Below, in pieces: positions 38,204 through 47,133 of a DNA stretch of 64,000 bases. Every line of letters starts with the position of its first letter. Positions within the stretch are counted from its first letter, which is position 1. The position numbers and the translations under genes were made by a program. Below the pieces are notes generated by a model that was not told the origin of the DNA, made no database searches, and saw nothing but the letters and a program-made list of their open reading frames with translations. Origin of the DNA: Candidatus Acidiferrales bacterium (lineage in GTDB: Bacteria; Acidobacteriota; Terriglobia; Acidiferrales; 2-02-FULL-67-57); NCBI GenBank assembly GCA_965247455.1, contig CBDFHE010000010.1:4392-68391 (forward strand). The letters are read 5' to 3'.

Positions 38204-38522
38204 TCCTGTTGAAGGCCTCTTCGAACCCCAGTGGCGGGGGCCACTGGGTTGGACACAAGGGGCGTAGGCGGACCAAGCACCCCAAGCAACTTGTCTAGCC
38301 CAGCGGCCCCTGCCGCTGGGTCTCCCAGACTTGCTCTCAACAAAATCGCAGGTTAGTGCCGTGAATCGTTTCATGGTTGACTAATGCAAGCCCGCGGGCA
38401 GCGGCCCCGCACTGCGGGGCTCTTCCAAGCTGTCTCTTGTTGGCAGGAGGAGCCTTCGGCGGGCTTCCTGGGCCCCGCGCGGGGCAAGCTCGGAATGACG
38501 ATGCGTCCGTTTCATCTGACCT

Positions 38523-39881
38523 CTAAGGTGCCCCGGTTTCGAACTGGTCGAAGCGCGGCGGCGTTCCGTTCAAGATGATGTCGATGGCCATCACCACACC
38601 TCCTGCGCTGACTGAGACAGTGCCGGGAGTTCCGGGCACTGCGTCAGTGTCGGACTCCCCTGTGTCCCAAAACTCTGCCGGGCCAGGTGAAGGAATCGGC
38701 GGATCGAGCGGGCCGACGCTGGAGCCGGCGTCAAAGCCCGCGTTAATGGATTCGACTTCGATGGTGTAGTTCCCCGGCAAGAGGCCTGGGATTCGGTAGA
38801 AGCCGATCAGCGTGGGATCGCGGGAGCCGAAGGAACTGCCGGGGGTGTTGTCGGCGAGGAAACCGCTCGAGGGACAGCCAGGGGAGGAGGTCGGGCACGG
38901 CAAATATTGGGCGGTGACGGGTTGGCCGGGGTTGCCGGTGAACAAGTAGCCGGAGACGACGGAGACGGCGACGCGGCGCGGGTTACCCACCTGCCGGGCG
39001 ATGACGTTGACGCCCTGGGCGGGCGTCTGCCCATCGGAGAAGAAAATCATGCCTTCAATGGTGCCGAAAGTGGTGGCGAAAGTGCTATCCGGGTAGAGGC
39101 GCGAAATCCAGGCGATATCGTCGGGGGCCAACGTCCGCATCTCGTCACTGAGCAATTGGGGGAACATGGTAGGCAAACCTTCGAGATCATTCACACCGCA
39201 ACCGCCCAAGCAATTCACGTTGATTTGGGAGTGGTCCAACCCGGAGAAGTGGCTAAACTCGTGGATGAAGGCGGCGTCGAACTCGGCATCACTTAGCTCA
39301 CGATTTGGTGGGGTTGCGGTGAGATCCGTGATCTCATCCAGGAAGCGTCCATTGAGGGCCGCGTGTCCGGAAAGGATGCGCCCGCCGACATCGGGCCGGC
39401 ACGGCCCAGCAAAGCCGATGACGTTGGGGTCGCCCACCAACTCATCGAAGATAGCTCCGTCGGCGTCAAATACAATTGGGCTCTGCGTCCCGTTGTTGCA
39501 GTCGCCTTCCACGGTGTTGAACTCAGTGGCATCGCTAACGTCGTTGTCTGCGACGCCGGTGATCTGCCCAGCATTGGTGTAGGAAATTGTGGCGGTAGAA
39601 ACAGCCTCCCAAACTTGGAACATCTGCTCGACACGCATCACGCCATCAGCGTTATTGATGACGACTGTTCCGCTTGGGTCCGCGCTCAATGGCCCACCGT
39701 CAACGCGGTATTGGATGGGAACACCGGTGGCCCAGGTGAAAGGCTGGGCATCGACGCCGACGGTGCCGCCCACGATCAACGGGCCGCCGGCGTGGGCGGG
39801 GCGCTGGCCGCTGAGGCCGAAGAAAACTGCGGCTAGAAGCAGAACCAAGATCAACGCACGTACAGAACGCGAGAAGGTCAT
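38523..39881 (-). CDS. secreted zinc metalloprotease (metzincin, HExxHxxGxxH)
   Basis: Signal peptide MTFSRSVRALILVLLLAAVFFGLSG. Active-site motif AAFIHEFSHFSGLDHSQ. The C-terminal part has a beta-sandwich-like region (GTIEGMIFFSDGQTPAQGVNVIARQ). Confidence 0.8.
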   Translation of the reverse strand: MTFSRSVRALILVLLLAAVFFGLSGQRPAHAGGPLIVGGTVGVDAQPFTWATGVPIQYRVDGGPLSADPSGTVVINNADGVMRVEQMFQVWEAVSTATISYTNAGQITGVADNDVSDATEFNTVEGDCNNGTQSPIVFDADGAIFDELVGDPNVIGFAGPCRPDVGGRILSGHAALNGRFLDEITDLTATPPNRELSDAEFDAAFIHEFSHFSGLDHSQINVNCLGGCGVNDLEGLPTMFPQLLSDEMRTLAPDDIAWISRLYPDSTFATTFGTIEGMIFFSDGQTPAQGVNVIARQVGNPRRVAVSVVSGYLFTGNPGQPVTAQYLPCPTSSPGCPSSGFLADNTPGSSFGSRDPTLIGFYRIPGLLPGNYTIEVESINAGFDAGSSVGPLDPPIPSPGPAEFWDTGESDTDAVPGTPGTVSVSAGGVVMAIDIILNGTPPRFDQFETGAP

Positions 39882-39981
39882 GCTAGCATCCTGGAAACAT
39901 AGGCAAATAGCACCTGAGACACTGTCCACCAATTCTGTTGAAACCGGAGTTGGGCTGGACAAAGGATTGGGTAGGGCAAGG

Positions 39982-40000
39982 CCTGCCTGCCGCAGGCAGG
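39982..40000. repeat. REP-like palindrome CCTGCCTGCCGCAGGCAGG (copy 6)
   Basis: Read directly from the sequence. Confidence 0.8.
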
Positions 40001-40057
40001 CTTTATGCCTTGCCGAAAATGGCAGGGGATCCCTCGACTGCGCTCGGGACAAGTAAA

Positions 40058-40116
40058 CCCCTTCAGGGAGAACCCTCAGGGTGAACCCTTCAGGGAGAAC
40101 CTTCAGGGTGAACCCT
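40058..40116. repeat. four tandem 13-15 bp units (C)CTTCAGGG(A/T)GAACC
   Basis: CCCTTCAGGGAGAACC / CTCAGGGTGAACC / CTTCAGGGAGAACC / TTCAGGGTGAACCC, read directly. Confidence 0.85.
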
Positions 40117-40315
40117 GCCCTACCCAAGCTGCGCTTCGCCTTGCTCGGCGTTTGTTCAACAGAAAATCGCACACAGCCGGCACATGACTTCGCTCAGGAG
40201 CGTCCCCGCTGAGCAGGGCGCTTCCAAACTGTCTCGCTTGGCAAAACCTTCCTGGCCGATGCTATTATTTTTCCCTGAGCACTTCTCATGTGTCGCCTAT
40301 TTGAGCAACGCCACA

Positions 40316-40951
40316 CTAGTTTGTCCCTGCCAGGGTGCGGATAAAATTTTGTAACTCGTCCAGTTGCACCGGGCCGCTGCGGTGCTGGGTGACCATGCGC
40401 GCCATCGCGGGCGACAACGGGAGGCCGCGCTTTTCGAGGCGCGGGGCCATCTGGCGGAAAAGGCCGGCGTTGGCGTGGCCGTTGAGGGCGTACTCGTGGC
40501 CCTGCGCGTCGCGCAAAATGCGGAAGCGGCCCTGCCCCAGACCAGCCGGACTGGAGAGGCCGTAGCGCGTGGGCGGGTTCATTAGCAGGAGCAGGTGTTG
40601 GCCCTTGCGGTAGCCAGCGGCGTCGAAGCGGTCGCGCACGTCCCAGATGTACTGCCGAAAGGTGAAGGTTTGCCCGGCCTGCCCCTTGAGGGTCTGCTGG
40701 ACGCGCAGGGTGACGACGATGGTCTGCAGGTTGGTGAGGGTGGGATGGCGCTCGACCCGGGCGCTGACCACATGGCCGCGGATAATGGTGGCGGCCTGGT
40801 CAACCAACTGGTCGAGGCTGCGCGGCAGGGTGAGCGCCCCGCGCTGGGCCGCCAGGGGACTGACGAGCAGGAGCGCCAAGAAAGCCGCGCCCCAGGCCCG
40901 CTTCGTTCGCGGGGGGCAGGGATTTGTGCTGGTCAGCGCTGGTAAGGGCAC
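40316..40951 (-). CDS. hypothetical secreted protein
   Basis: Signal peptide ...AWGAAFLALLLVSPLAAQ. GC3-rich frame. No recognisable domain. Confidence 0.5.
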   Translation of the reverse strand: MPLPALTSTNPCPPRTKRAWGAAFLALLLVSPLAAQRGALTLPRSLDQLVDQAATIIRGHVVSARVERHPTLTNLQTIVVTLRVQQTLKGQAGQTFTFRQYIWDVRDRFDAAGYRKGQHLLLLMNPPTRYGLSSPAGLGQGRFRILRDAQGHEYALNGHANAGLFRQMAPRLEKRGLPLSPAMARMVTQHRSGPVQLDELQNFIRTLAGTN

Positions 40952-41612
40952 AGACTTCCTCCGCTGGAGTCGCGCCCTCCGCGCGATAGGAATCGCATGG
41001 CAATAAGATGCATTTTCTACCCTTGAAGTTACTGAAACATAAGCGAATTCTCGCCAAAAGGCAAGCGAGGGGCCCGGCGCGGGACGGGTTGAATAGTTGA
41101 TTGGTTAATTGGTTGATTGGAGACCGGGTGCCCTTCGAGGGGCTCGGGGCAGGCCCACGTCTTCAGCGGGGCAGGCAGGACAATTTCCGCATTGCGGAAA
41201 TTGCGGTTCTTGCCCTTCGACAGGCTCAGAACAAAAAACGCATCCGTGAGAATGCAGTTTTTGCCCCGCGGCCCTGCTCGGGACGATCTCCGCTGTGCGG
41301 AAATCACGGTTTTCCCGTTCGGCTTTTTGGGCCGAAAAACCGCCTCCTGGAAAAAACAACCGCAAAAACCGCAAAAGCCTTAGACGCCGACTGTCTGCGC
41401 GTGCTATGGAAGAAAGGCCCGCAAGTGCGGGTCGGCTGCCCGAGGAGGGAGCCGGTTGCATCGTTGCATCCCGGCGCACTCGCAGCCGCATCCAAAGAAA
41501 CCGGCGGGAGCGAAACGCGGCGAGAACGCCGCAGCGGCTGCGGTAATTTCCGATAGACCGGATGCGGTCGCCTGCGCTAAAGTGGAGAACTTTGCTCAAG
41601 CCAAGAAACCCC

Positions 41613-44048
41613 ATGTTTGAACGGATGAGAAACAGACCAAGAGTGTCGCGGCTGGGAGGCCTTTTCCTGGTGGTGGTGGCAGCTCTGTCGGTTGGCTGCG
41701 GGCGTAGCAGCGAACCGCCCGCGCCCCCGCCGCCGCTCACCGTAGCCACCCTGCAACTGCCCGACGGCACTCTGGGGATCGCCTACAACGCCACCGTGCA
41801 GGCGACCAGCGGAGTGCTCCCCCACACCTGGAGCGTGAGCGGCGGGGCGCTGCCCGCCGGGCTGACGCTGGATGGCTCCACCGGCACCATCAGCGGCACT
41901 CCCACCGTCGCTGCTACTTTCACCTTCACCTTGCAGGTCAACGACGCCGGAACCGAGAGCGCCACCCAGGACTACACCGTGGTCATCGGCGCGACCGGCA
42001 ACCCGCAAGTGCTACGGGTGAGCGTGGCCAGCGACGGCACCCCCAGCAATAGCAGCTCCGGCTCGGCGGCGCTCAGTCCCGACGGGCGCTTCATCGACTT
42101 CAGCTCCTTCGGCGACAACCTGGTGCCCAACGACACCAACATTGTCCCCGACATTTTCCTCCGCGACCTCGACCCCGCCTGCAACCCCAACGTCACCGAG
42201 CGTGTCAGCCTGGCCTTCGACGGCACCACCGAAGGCAACCTGGCCAGCTTCGCGCCCGCGCTGAGCGCGCTGGACCCCGCCACCAACATCCTTTTCGTCG
42301 CCTACTCCTCCGATGCCACCAATCTGGTGGCCAACGACACCAACAGCACGCGCGACATTTTTGTGACGGCTGTTCAGGTAACTGATCCTCCAACCTGCAA
42401 ACTTGTCCCGATTCACACCGCCCGCGTCAGCGTGGCCAGCGCTGGCACCGAAGGCGACGGCCAAAGCAGCCTGCCCACCATCAGCGCCGACGGTGCCTTC
42501 GTCGCCTACCACTCCAACGCCACCAACTTGGTAGAGGCTGACACCAACCTCGCCGCCGATATTTTCGTCACCGAAATCAATTTCTCCAGCGGCATCATCA
42601 CCCCTGTACAGACCCGCCGGCACAACACCTTCAATACTGCTTTGGCAGTGGGCATCCCCGACACCACCGCTGATATTTTCAGCGCCACCACCATCGGAAG
42701 CTCCTCCCTGGCGATGACCGCGAATGCGCATGTGGGCCGGCGGGCTGAGATTGTGACAGGACTCGGTCAGGGGGAATTCCGGCTCATTATCAGCAACACC
42801 GCTACCACGCTTACCGTCACCCCTGCCTGGGCCACCGTCCCCGACGCAACCAGCGTTTTTCGAGTCACCACCCTCAACGATCAAACCGCTGACAGCGCCA
42901 GCGTCAGCAGCACCACCATCGGAAATTCCGCCCTGACGATGACGACCGACGAGCACATTAACCGAGTGGTAGAAATCATATCCGGCACCGGCACCGGTCA
43001 AATTCGCGCCATCACGGCCAACGACGCAACCACCCTGACCGTGGACCCCGCCTGGACTACTGACCCCGACGCCACCAGCGTCTTTCGCGTCGATTCCCAG
43101 GCGGCGGGGGTGAGCGCCCGCGCTCGCATCAGCCCGGACGCCTCTTTCGTCGGCTTCAACACCGGTGCAGCTTTTCCGGGAGAAGCGACCACTACCCCCA
43201 ACGGGGTGTTCGTGCAGGAACGCGCCACCGGACTGACCACCCGCGTCAGCATCGCCAGCGACGGCACGGTGGGCGATTTGGCCAGCAGCATCTCGGCGCT
43301 GGAAGGCACCAACGCTAAGTTTGTGCTCCTCCAGTCGCAGGCCACCAACCTGGTCGCCAGCGACACCAACGACGTCGCCGACCTGTTCCTGCACGACCGC
43401 AGCACCGGCGCAACCTCGCGGGTCAGTTTGGCCAACGACGGCAGCGAAGCCGATGCCGGACCCGACACTGTAGCCGGCCTGAGCGGAGACGGACGACTTG
43501 TGGTTTTCGAAAGTTCCGCCACCAACCTGGTGGCGGACGACCGCAATCAAGTCAATGACATTTTCGTCCACGACCGAATGGACAGCGAAACTCGACGACT
43601 CAGTCTCGGTCTTGACGGCATCAATCCGAACCAGGAAAGCATCGATGTCGCCATCAGCCAGGACGGCTCCACCATCGCGTTCACTTCCAGCGCCAGCAAC
43701 CTGGTGCTAAACGATACCAACAGCGCCACGGACGTCTTTTTAGTCAGAACAGCCAGTCTCGTTCCGCCACTGATTGTTGTCTCACACCTGCCCGCAGCAC
43801 GTGGAGACTCGGCCTACGACGCTTCGTTGCTCACGGTCGGCGGAACTCCACCGCTGACCTTCAGCCTCAGCAGCGGTTCCCTGCCCCCGGGCATTTTCCT
43901 CGACAGCCGCAGCGGACGGCTGGTGGGGATGCCCCAACGCGCGGGCCGCTTTCAATTCACCGTGGCCGTCATGGACGCCGACCGGCCCGCTCGCCTCACC
44001 CGCCGAACCTTCACCCTCTTGGTGAAAGGAACACCCGAGGGGAACTAG
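41613..44048 (+). CDS. large lipoprotein: He_PIG-like Ig domains at both ends flanking repeated TolB/PD40-like beta-propeller blades
   Basis: Lipobox VVAALSVGC-G. N- and C-terminal LP.G..G..Y...GG..P..WS/FS..GSLP.G..LD...G...G.P segments. The repeat S.DG.F.AF.S.ATNLV..DTN...DIF..D occurs many times in the middle. Confidence 0.8.
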   Translation: MFERMRNRPRVSRLGGLFLVVVAALSVGCGRSSEPPAPPPPLTVATLQLPDGTLGIAYNATVQATSGVLPHTWSVSGGALPAGLTLDGSTGTISGTPTVAATFTFTLQVNDAGTESATQDYTVVIGATGNPQVLRVSVASDGTPSNSSSGSAALSPDGRFIDFSSFGDNLVPNDTNIVPDIFLRDLDPACNPNVTERVSLAFDGTTEGNLASFAPALSALDPATNILFVAYSSDATNLVANDTNSTRDIFVTAVQVTDPPTCKLVPIHTARVSVASAGTEGDGQSSLPTISADGAFVAYHSNATNLVEADTNLAADIFVTEINFSSGIITPVQTRRHNTFNTALAVGIPDTTADIFSATTIGSSSLAMTANAHVGRRAEIVTGLGQGEFRLIISNTATTLTVTPAWATVPDATSVFRVTTLNDQTADSASVSSTTIGNSALTMTTDEHINRVVEIISGTGTGQIRAITANDATTLTVDPAWTTDPDATSVFRVDSQAAGVSARARISPDASFVGFNTGAAFPGEATTTPNGVFVQERATGLTTRVSIASDGTVGDLASSISALEGTNAKFVLLQSQATNLVASDTNDVADLFLHDRSTGATSRVSLANDGSEADAGPDTVAGLSGDGRLVVFESSATNLVADDRNQVNDIFVHDRMDSETRRLSLGLDGINPNQESIDVAISQDGSTIAFTSSASNLVLNDTNSATDVFLVRTASLVPPLIVVSHLPAARGDSAYDASLLTVGGTPPLTFSLSSGSLPPGIFLDSRSGRLVGMPQRAGRFQFTVAVMDADRPARLTRRTFTLLVKGTPEGN

Positions 44049-44164
44049 GCCCAACTAACCGGAACCATCCCGGCAAAAGAGAAGCTATTCAAACTTTGTT
44101 TTCCCTTCTTCCCCGCTCCAGTCTAGAATAGTTTTTGGGGGGTGCCCGAACCGCAAACCGAACC

Positions 44165-46012
44165 ATGAAAAAAGAAGACCTCCATCGCCTGCTGGACAAG
44201 CAAATCCTGGTCTGCGACGGCGCCATGGGCTCGCAAATCTACGAGCTCTTTGGCCCCACTCCCTGCTTCGAGGAGGTCAACCTCCGGCACCCGGAGTTGG
44301 TCCTCCGCATCCACCTGGCCTACATCACCGCCGGGGCACGCCTGATTGAAACCAACACCTTCGGCGCCAACCGCCTCAAGCTCACTGCTCACGGCTTGGG
44401 CGACTCCGTGACCGCCATCAACCAACGAGCGGTCAAGATCGCCCGCGAAGCCCGCGAAGCCGCCGGCGCCGATGTTCTGATTGCAGGTTCCCTCGGCCCT
44501 CTCGGCCATGCCTGGCAGATGACGGAGCCCGATGCAGCCGCCGTGGCCCAGCGCGCCTTCCGAGAGCAAGCTCTGGCGCTGGAAGAGCGCGGCGTGGATT
44601 TATTCATCCTGGAAACTTTCCCCGGCTTGCAAGAGCTGACCTGGGCGATTGAGGCGGTGCAGAAAATCTCACCTCTGCCCATCATCGCCCAACTCGCCTA
44701 CAACGACGAAGGCAAAACCCTGGTCGGCGACGATGCCGTGGAAGCCACTCGCCAGCTGAAAGAACTGGGCGTGGACGTGGCCGGAGCAAATTGCAGCATC
44801 GGCCCGCAGGACTCGCTCGCGGTCTTGCGCCGGATGGCGCAGGCCGAGGGAAAGCGTCTGTCGGTGCAGCCCAATGCCGGCTTTCCGCAACGCGTCGGCG
44901 ACCGTGTGATTTACCCCAAGTCCGGCCCCGACTACTTTGCTCAGTTCGCCCGTGAGGCCGTCAAGCTGGGCGCGCGCGTGATTGGCGGCTGCTGCGGCAC
45001 TACCCCCGAACACATCCGCGCCATGGCCGAGGCCGTGAAGGACCTCACGCCTCGGGAGGCCCGCGCCGTCGCTGCCGGCCCCGCCGTCGCGGTTGCGGTT
45101 GAAGCGCCGGCTCCCTCCCGCGTGGAAGCGGAGCCACCGTCGTCCTTCTACCGCAAACTCCGAGAAGGCCGGTTCGCCGTCTCGGTCGAGCTCGATCCTC
45201 CCAAGGGCGTCAATCTCGACCGCATCCTGGCAGCCGTCAAGCGCTTCCAGGCCGCCGGTTGCGTGGACGCAGTGGACATCAACAGCGGCACCCTGGCGCG
45301 GGTGGGCATGGACGCCATCGTGATGGCCGCCGCCATCGAACATGCCGGCATGGAAACCATCCCGCACCTCACCACCCGCGATCTGAACATCATCGGACTC
45401 CAAGCGATGCTGCTGGGCGCCTGGTCAGTCTGCGGTGTCCGCAACGTCCTCGCCATCACCGGCGACCCGCCCGTCATGGGCGACCACCCCGAAGTGGTCG
45501 GCGTCTATGAGCTCGATGCCATCGGCCTGACGCGCCTGCTGGCCCGCCTCAACCAAGGCACCGACTGGGCCGGTAAGACCCTGGGCGGCGGCACCAACTT
45601 CGCCATCGGCGTGGCCGTCAATCCCACCGCCGACGACATGGAGGAAGAGCTGCAGCGCTTCGAGCAGAAAGTGGAAGCCGGCGCGCACTTCGCTATGACC
45701 CAGCCCATCTTCGAGCCCGCCATCTACGAAAAATTCCTGCAACGGCTGGGCGGCAAGGCGTCCATTCCCATTGTAGTCGGCCTCTGGCCGCTCACCAGCC
45801 ACAAGCTGGCCGTCCGCCTGAATAACGAAGTCCCAGGCATCGTCGTGCCCGAATCGGTGCAAAAAATGTTGGAGCAAGCCGGCACCGGCGCGCGCGACAA
45901 AGGATTCCAGCTCGCCCGCGAGTTGCTCGTCTGGGCCAAAACCGCCACCGCCGGCGCCTACATCATCCCTCCCTTCAAAAAATACGAGGAAGCCCTCGAC
46001 GTTCTGACCTGA
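44165..46012 (+). CDS. bifunctional homocysteine S-methyltransferase / methylenetetrahydrofolate reductase
   Basis: N-terminal half LVCDGAMGSQI...ETNTFGAN...GANCSIGP...GGCCGTTPEHI (Hcy-binding domain). C-terminal half VELDPPKG...ITGDPP...QPIF (MTHFR fold). Confidence 0.88.
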   Translation: MKKEDLHRLLDKQILVCDGAMGSQIYELFGPTPCFEEVNLRHPELVLRIHLAYITAGARLIETNTFGANRLKLTAHGLGDSVTAINQRAVKIAREAREAAGADVLIAGSLGPLGHAWQMTEPDAAAVAQRAFREQALALEERGVDLFILETFPGLQELTWAIEAVQKISPLPIIAQLAYNDEGKTLVGDDAVEATRQLKELGVDVAGANCSIGPQDSLAVLRRMAQAEGKRLSVQPNAGFPQRVGDRVIYPKSGPDYFAQFAREAVKLGARVIGGCCGTTPEHIRAMAEAVKDLTPREARAVAAGPAVAVAVEAPAPSRVEAEPPSSFYRKLREGRFAVSVELDPPKGVNLDRILAAVKRFQAAGCVDAVDINSGTLARVGMDAIVMAAAIEHAGMETIPHLTTRDLNIIGLQAMLLGAWSVCGVRNVLAITGDPPVMGDHPEVVGVYELDAIGLTRLLARLNQGTDWAGKTLGGGTNFAIGVAVNPTADDMEEELQRFEQKVEAGAHFAMTQPIFEPAIYEKFLQRLGGKASIPIVVGLWPLTSHKLAVRLNNEVPGIVVPESVQKMLEQAGTGARDKGFQLARELLVWAKTATAGAYIIPPFKKYEEALDVLT

Positions 46013-47133
46013 TGGCGCTGAAGCTTCTCTGCGTCCTTGGGACTCGTCCGGAAGCCATCAAGCTGGCGCCGGTACTCAAAGCCCTGCGCGCCCGGCCCCA
46101 CCAGTTTTCCTGCCGTGTCTGCGTCACCGGCCAACACCGGGAACTCCTGCAACCGGCACTACGGCTCTTCCACATTTGCCCCGACTATGACTTAAAGCTC
46201 ATGCAGCCCGGCCAATCGCTCCAGCACGTGGCCGCAGGTGTAGTGCAGGGACTGGAACCCATTCTGGCCCAGGAAAAACCCGACTGGGTACTGGTGCAGG
46301 GCGACACCACCACTACCCTGGCGGCCGCGCTCGCGGCCACCTACGCCCACGTTCCCGTAGCCCACGTCGAAGCCGGCCTGCGCAGCCGCAACCTCCGTCA
46401 GCCCTTTCCCGAAGAGATCAATCGCCGCCTCACCGACCAACTGGCCCAGCTGCATTTCGCTCCCACCGAAACCGCCCGGCAAAACCTGATTGCTGAGGGC
46501 ATTCCGCCCACGCGCATCTTCGTCACCGGCAACACCGTCGTCGATGCTCTGCGAGAGGTCGTCGCGCGCCCCTTCGACTTCGCCCGCAGTTCCTTGGCAA
46601 CTCTGCCGCTCGACTCCCGCCGGCTCGTGCTGGTCACCGCGCACCGCCGGGAAAGTTTCGGCCAACCATTGCGGCAGATCTGCCGGGCGGTGCGTCAACT
46701 GGCCGAGCGCTACCGCGAACGGATTCACATCGTTTTCCTTGTCCACCTCAATCCCAACGTTCGAGAATCCGTGCACAACCTGCTCAGTGGTCGCGGAAAC
46801 ATCTCTCTGTTGGACCCACTGCCCTACGACGCTCTTCTCTACCTGCTCAAGCGCAGCGCGCTTGTCCTCACCGACTCCGGCGGTTTGCAGGAAGAAACGC
46901 CCGTCCTAGGCGTGCCGGTACTGGTGCTGCGCCAGCTCACCGAGCGCCCCGAAGGCGTGGCCGCGGGCTCCGCCCGCATCGTAGGCACCGACCCCGAAGC
47001 CATCGTCGCGGCAGCAGCGCAGTTGCTCGACCACCCCGCCGCGCGCGAGCAGATGGCCCGCGTGGCCTCCCCCTACGGCGACGGCCAAGCCGCCCCGCGC
47101 ATCCTGGCCGCCCTGCTCGAATCCTCCCCTTGA
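46012..47133 (+). CDS. wecB: UDP-N-acetylglucosamine 2-epimerase (non-hydrolysing)
   Basis: LLCVLGTRPEAIKLAPV, VCVTGQHRELL, VQGDTTT, HVEAGLRS and DSGGLQEE motifs. ATG overlaps the upstream stop (TGATG). Confidence 0.9.
   Translation: MALKLLCVLGTRPEAIKLAPVLKALRARPHQFSCRVCVTGQHRELLQPALRLFHICPDYDLKLMQPGQSLQHVAAGVVQGLEPILAQEKPDWVLVQGDTTTTLAAALAATYAHVPVAHVEAGLRSRNLRQPFPEEINRRLTDQLAQLHFAPTETARQNLIAEGIPPTRIFVTGNTVVDALREVVARPFDFARSSLATLPLDSRRLVLVTAHRRESFGQPLRQICRAVRQLAERYRERIHIVFLVHLNPNVRESVHNLLSGRGNISLLDPLPYDALLYLLKRSALVLTDSGGLQEETPVLGVPVLVLRQLTERPEGVAAGSARIVGTDPEAIVAAAAQLLDHPAAREQMARVASPYGDGQAAPRILAALLESSP

Noticed and set aside
41179-41317. Possible CRISPR array (two 36-nt repeats), also considered for 40058-40116
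   Set aside because: There are only two diverged copies, with no regular spacer structure, and no cas genes in the window. The 40058-40116 units are contiguous 14-mers without spacers.
42012-43571. 519-aa minus-strand ORF inside the large lipoprotein gene
   Set aside because: Antisense shadow. The plus-strand product has repeated PD40-like and Ig-like motifs, while the minus-strand product is Gly/Ala/Val-rich noise.
44049-44164. SAM or cobalamin riboswitch upstream of the homocysteine methyltransferase/MTHFR gene
   Set aside because: The leader is only about 115 nt, and I could not find the conserved SAM-I or B12-box sequence elements in it.
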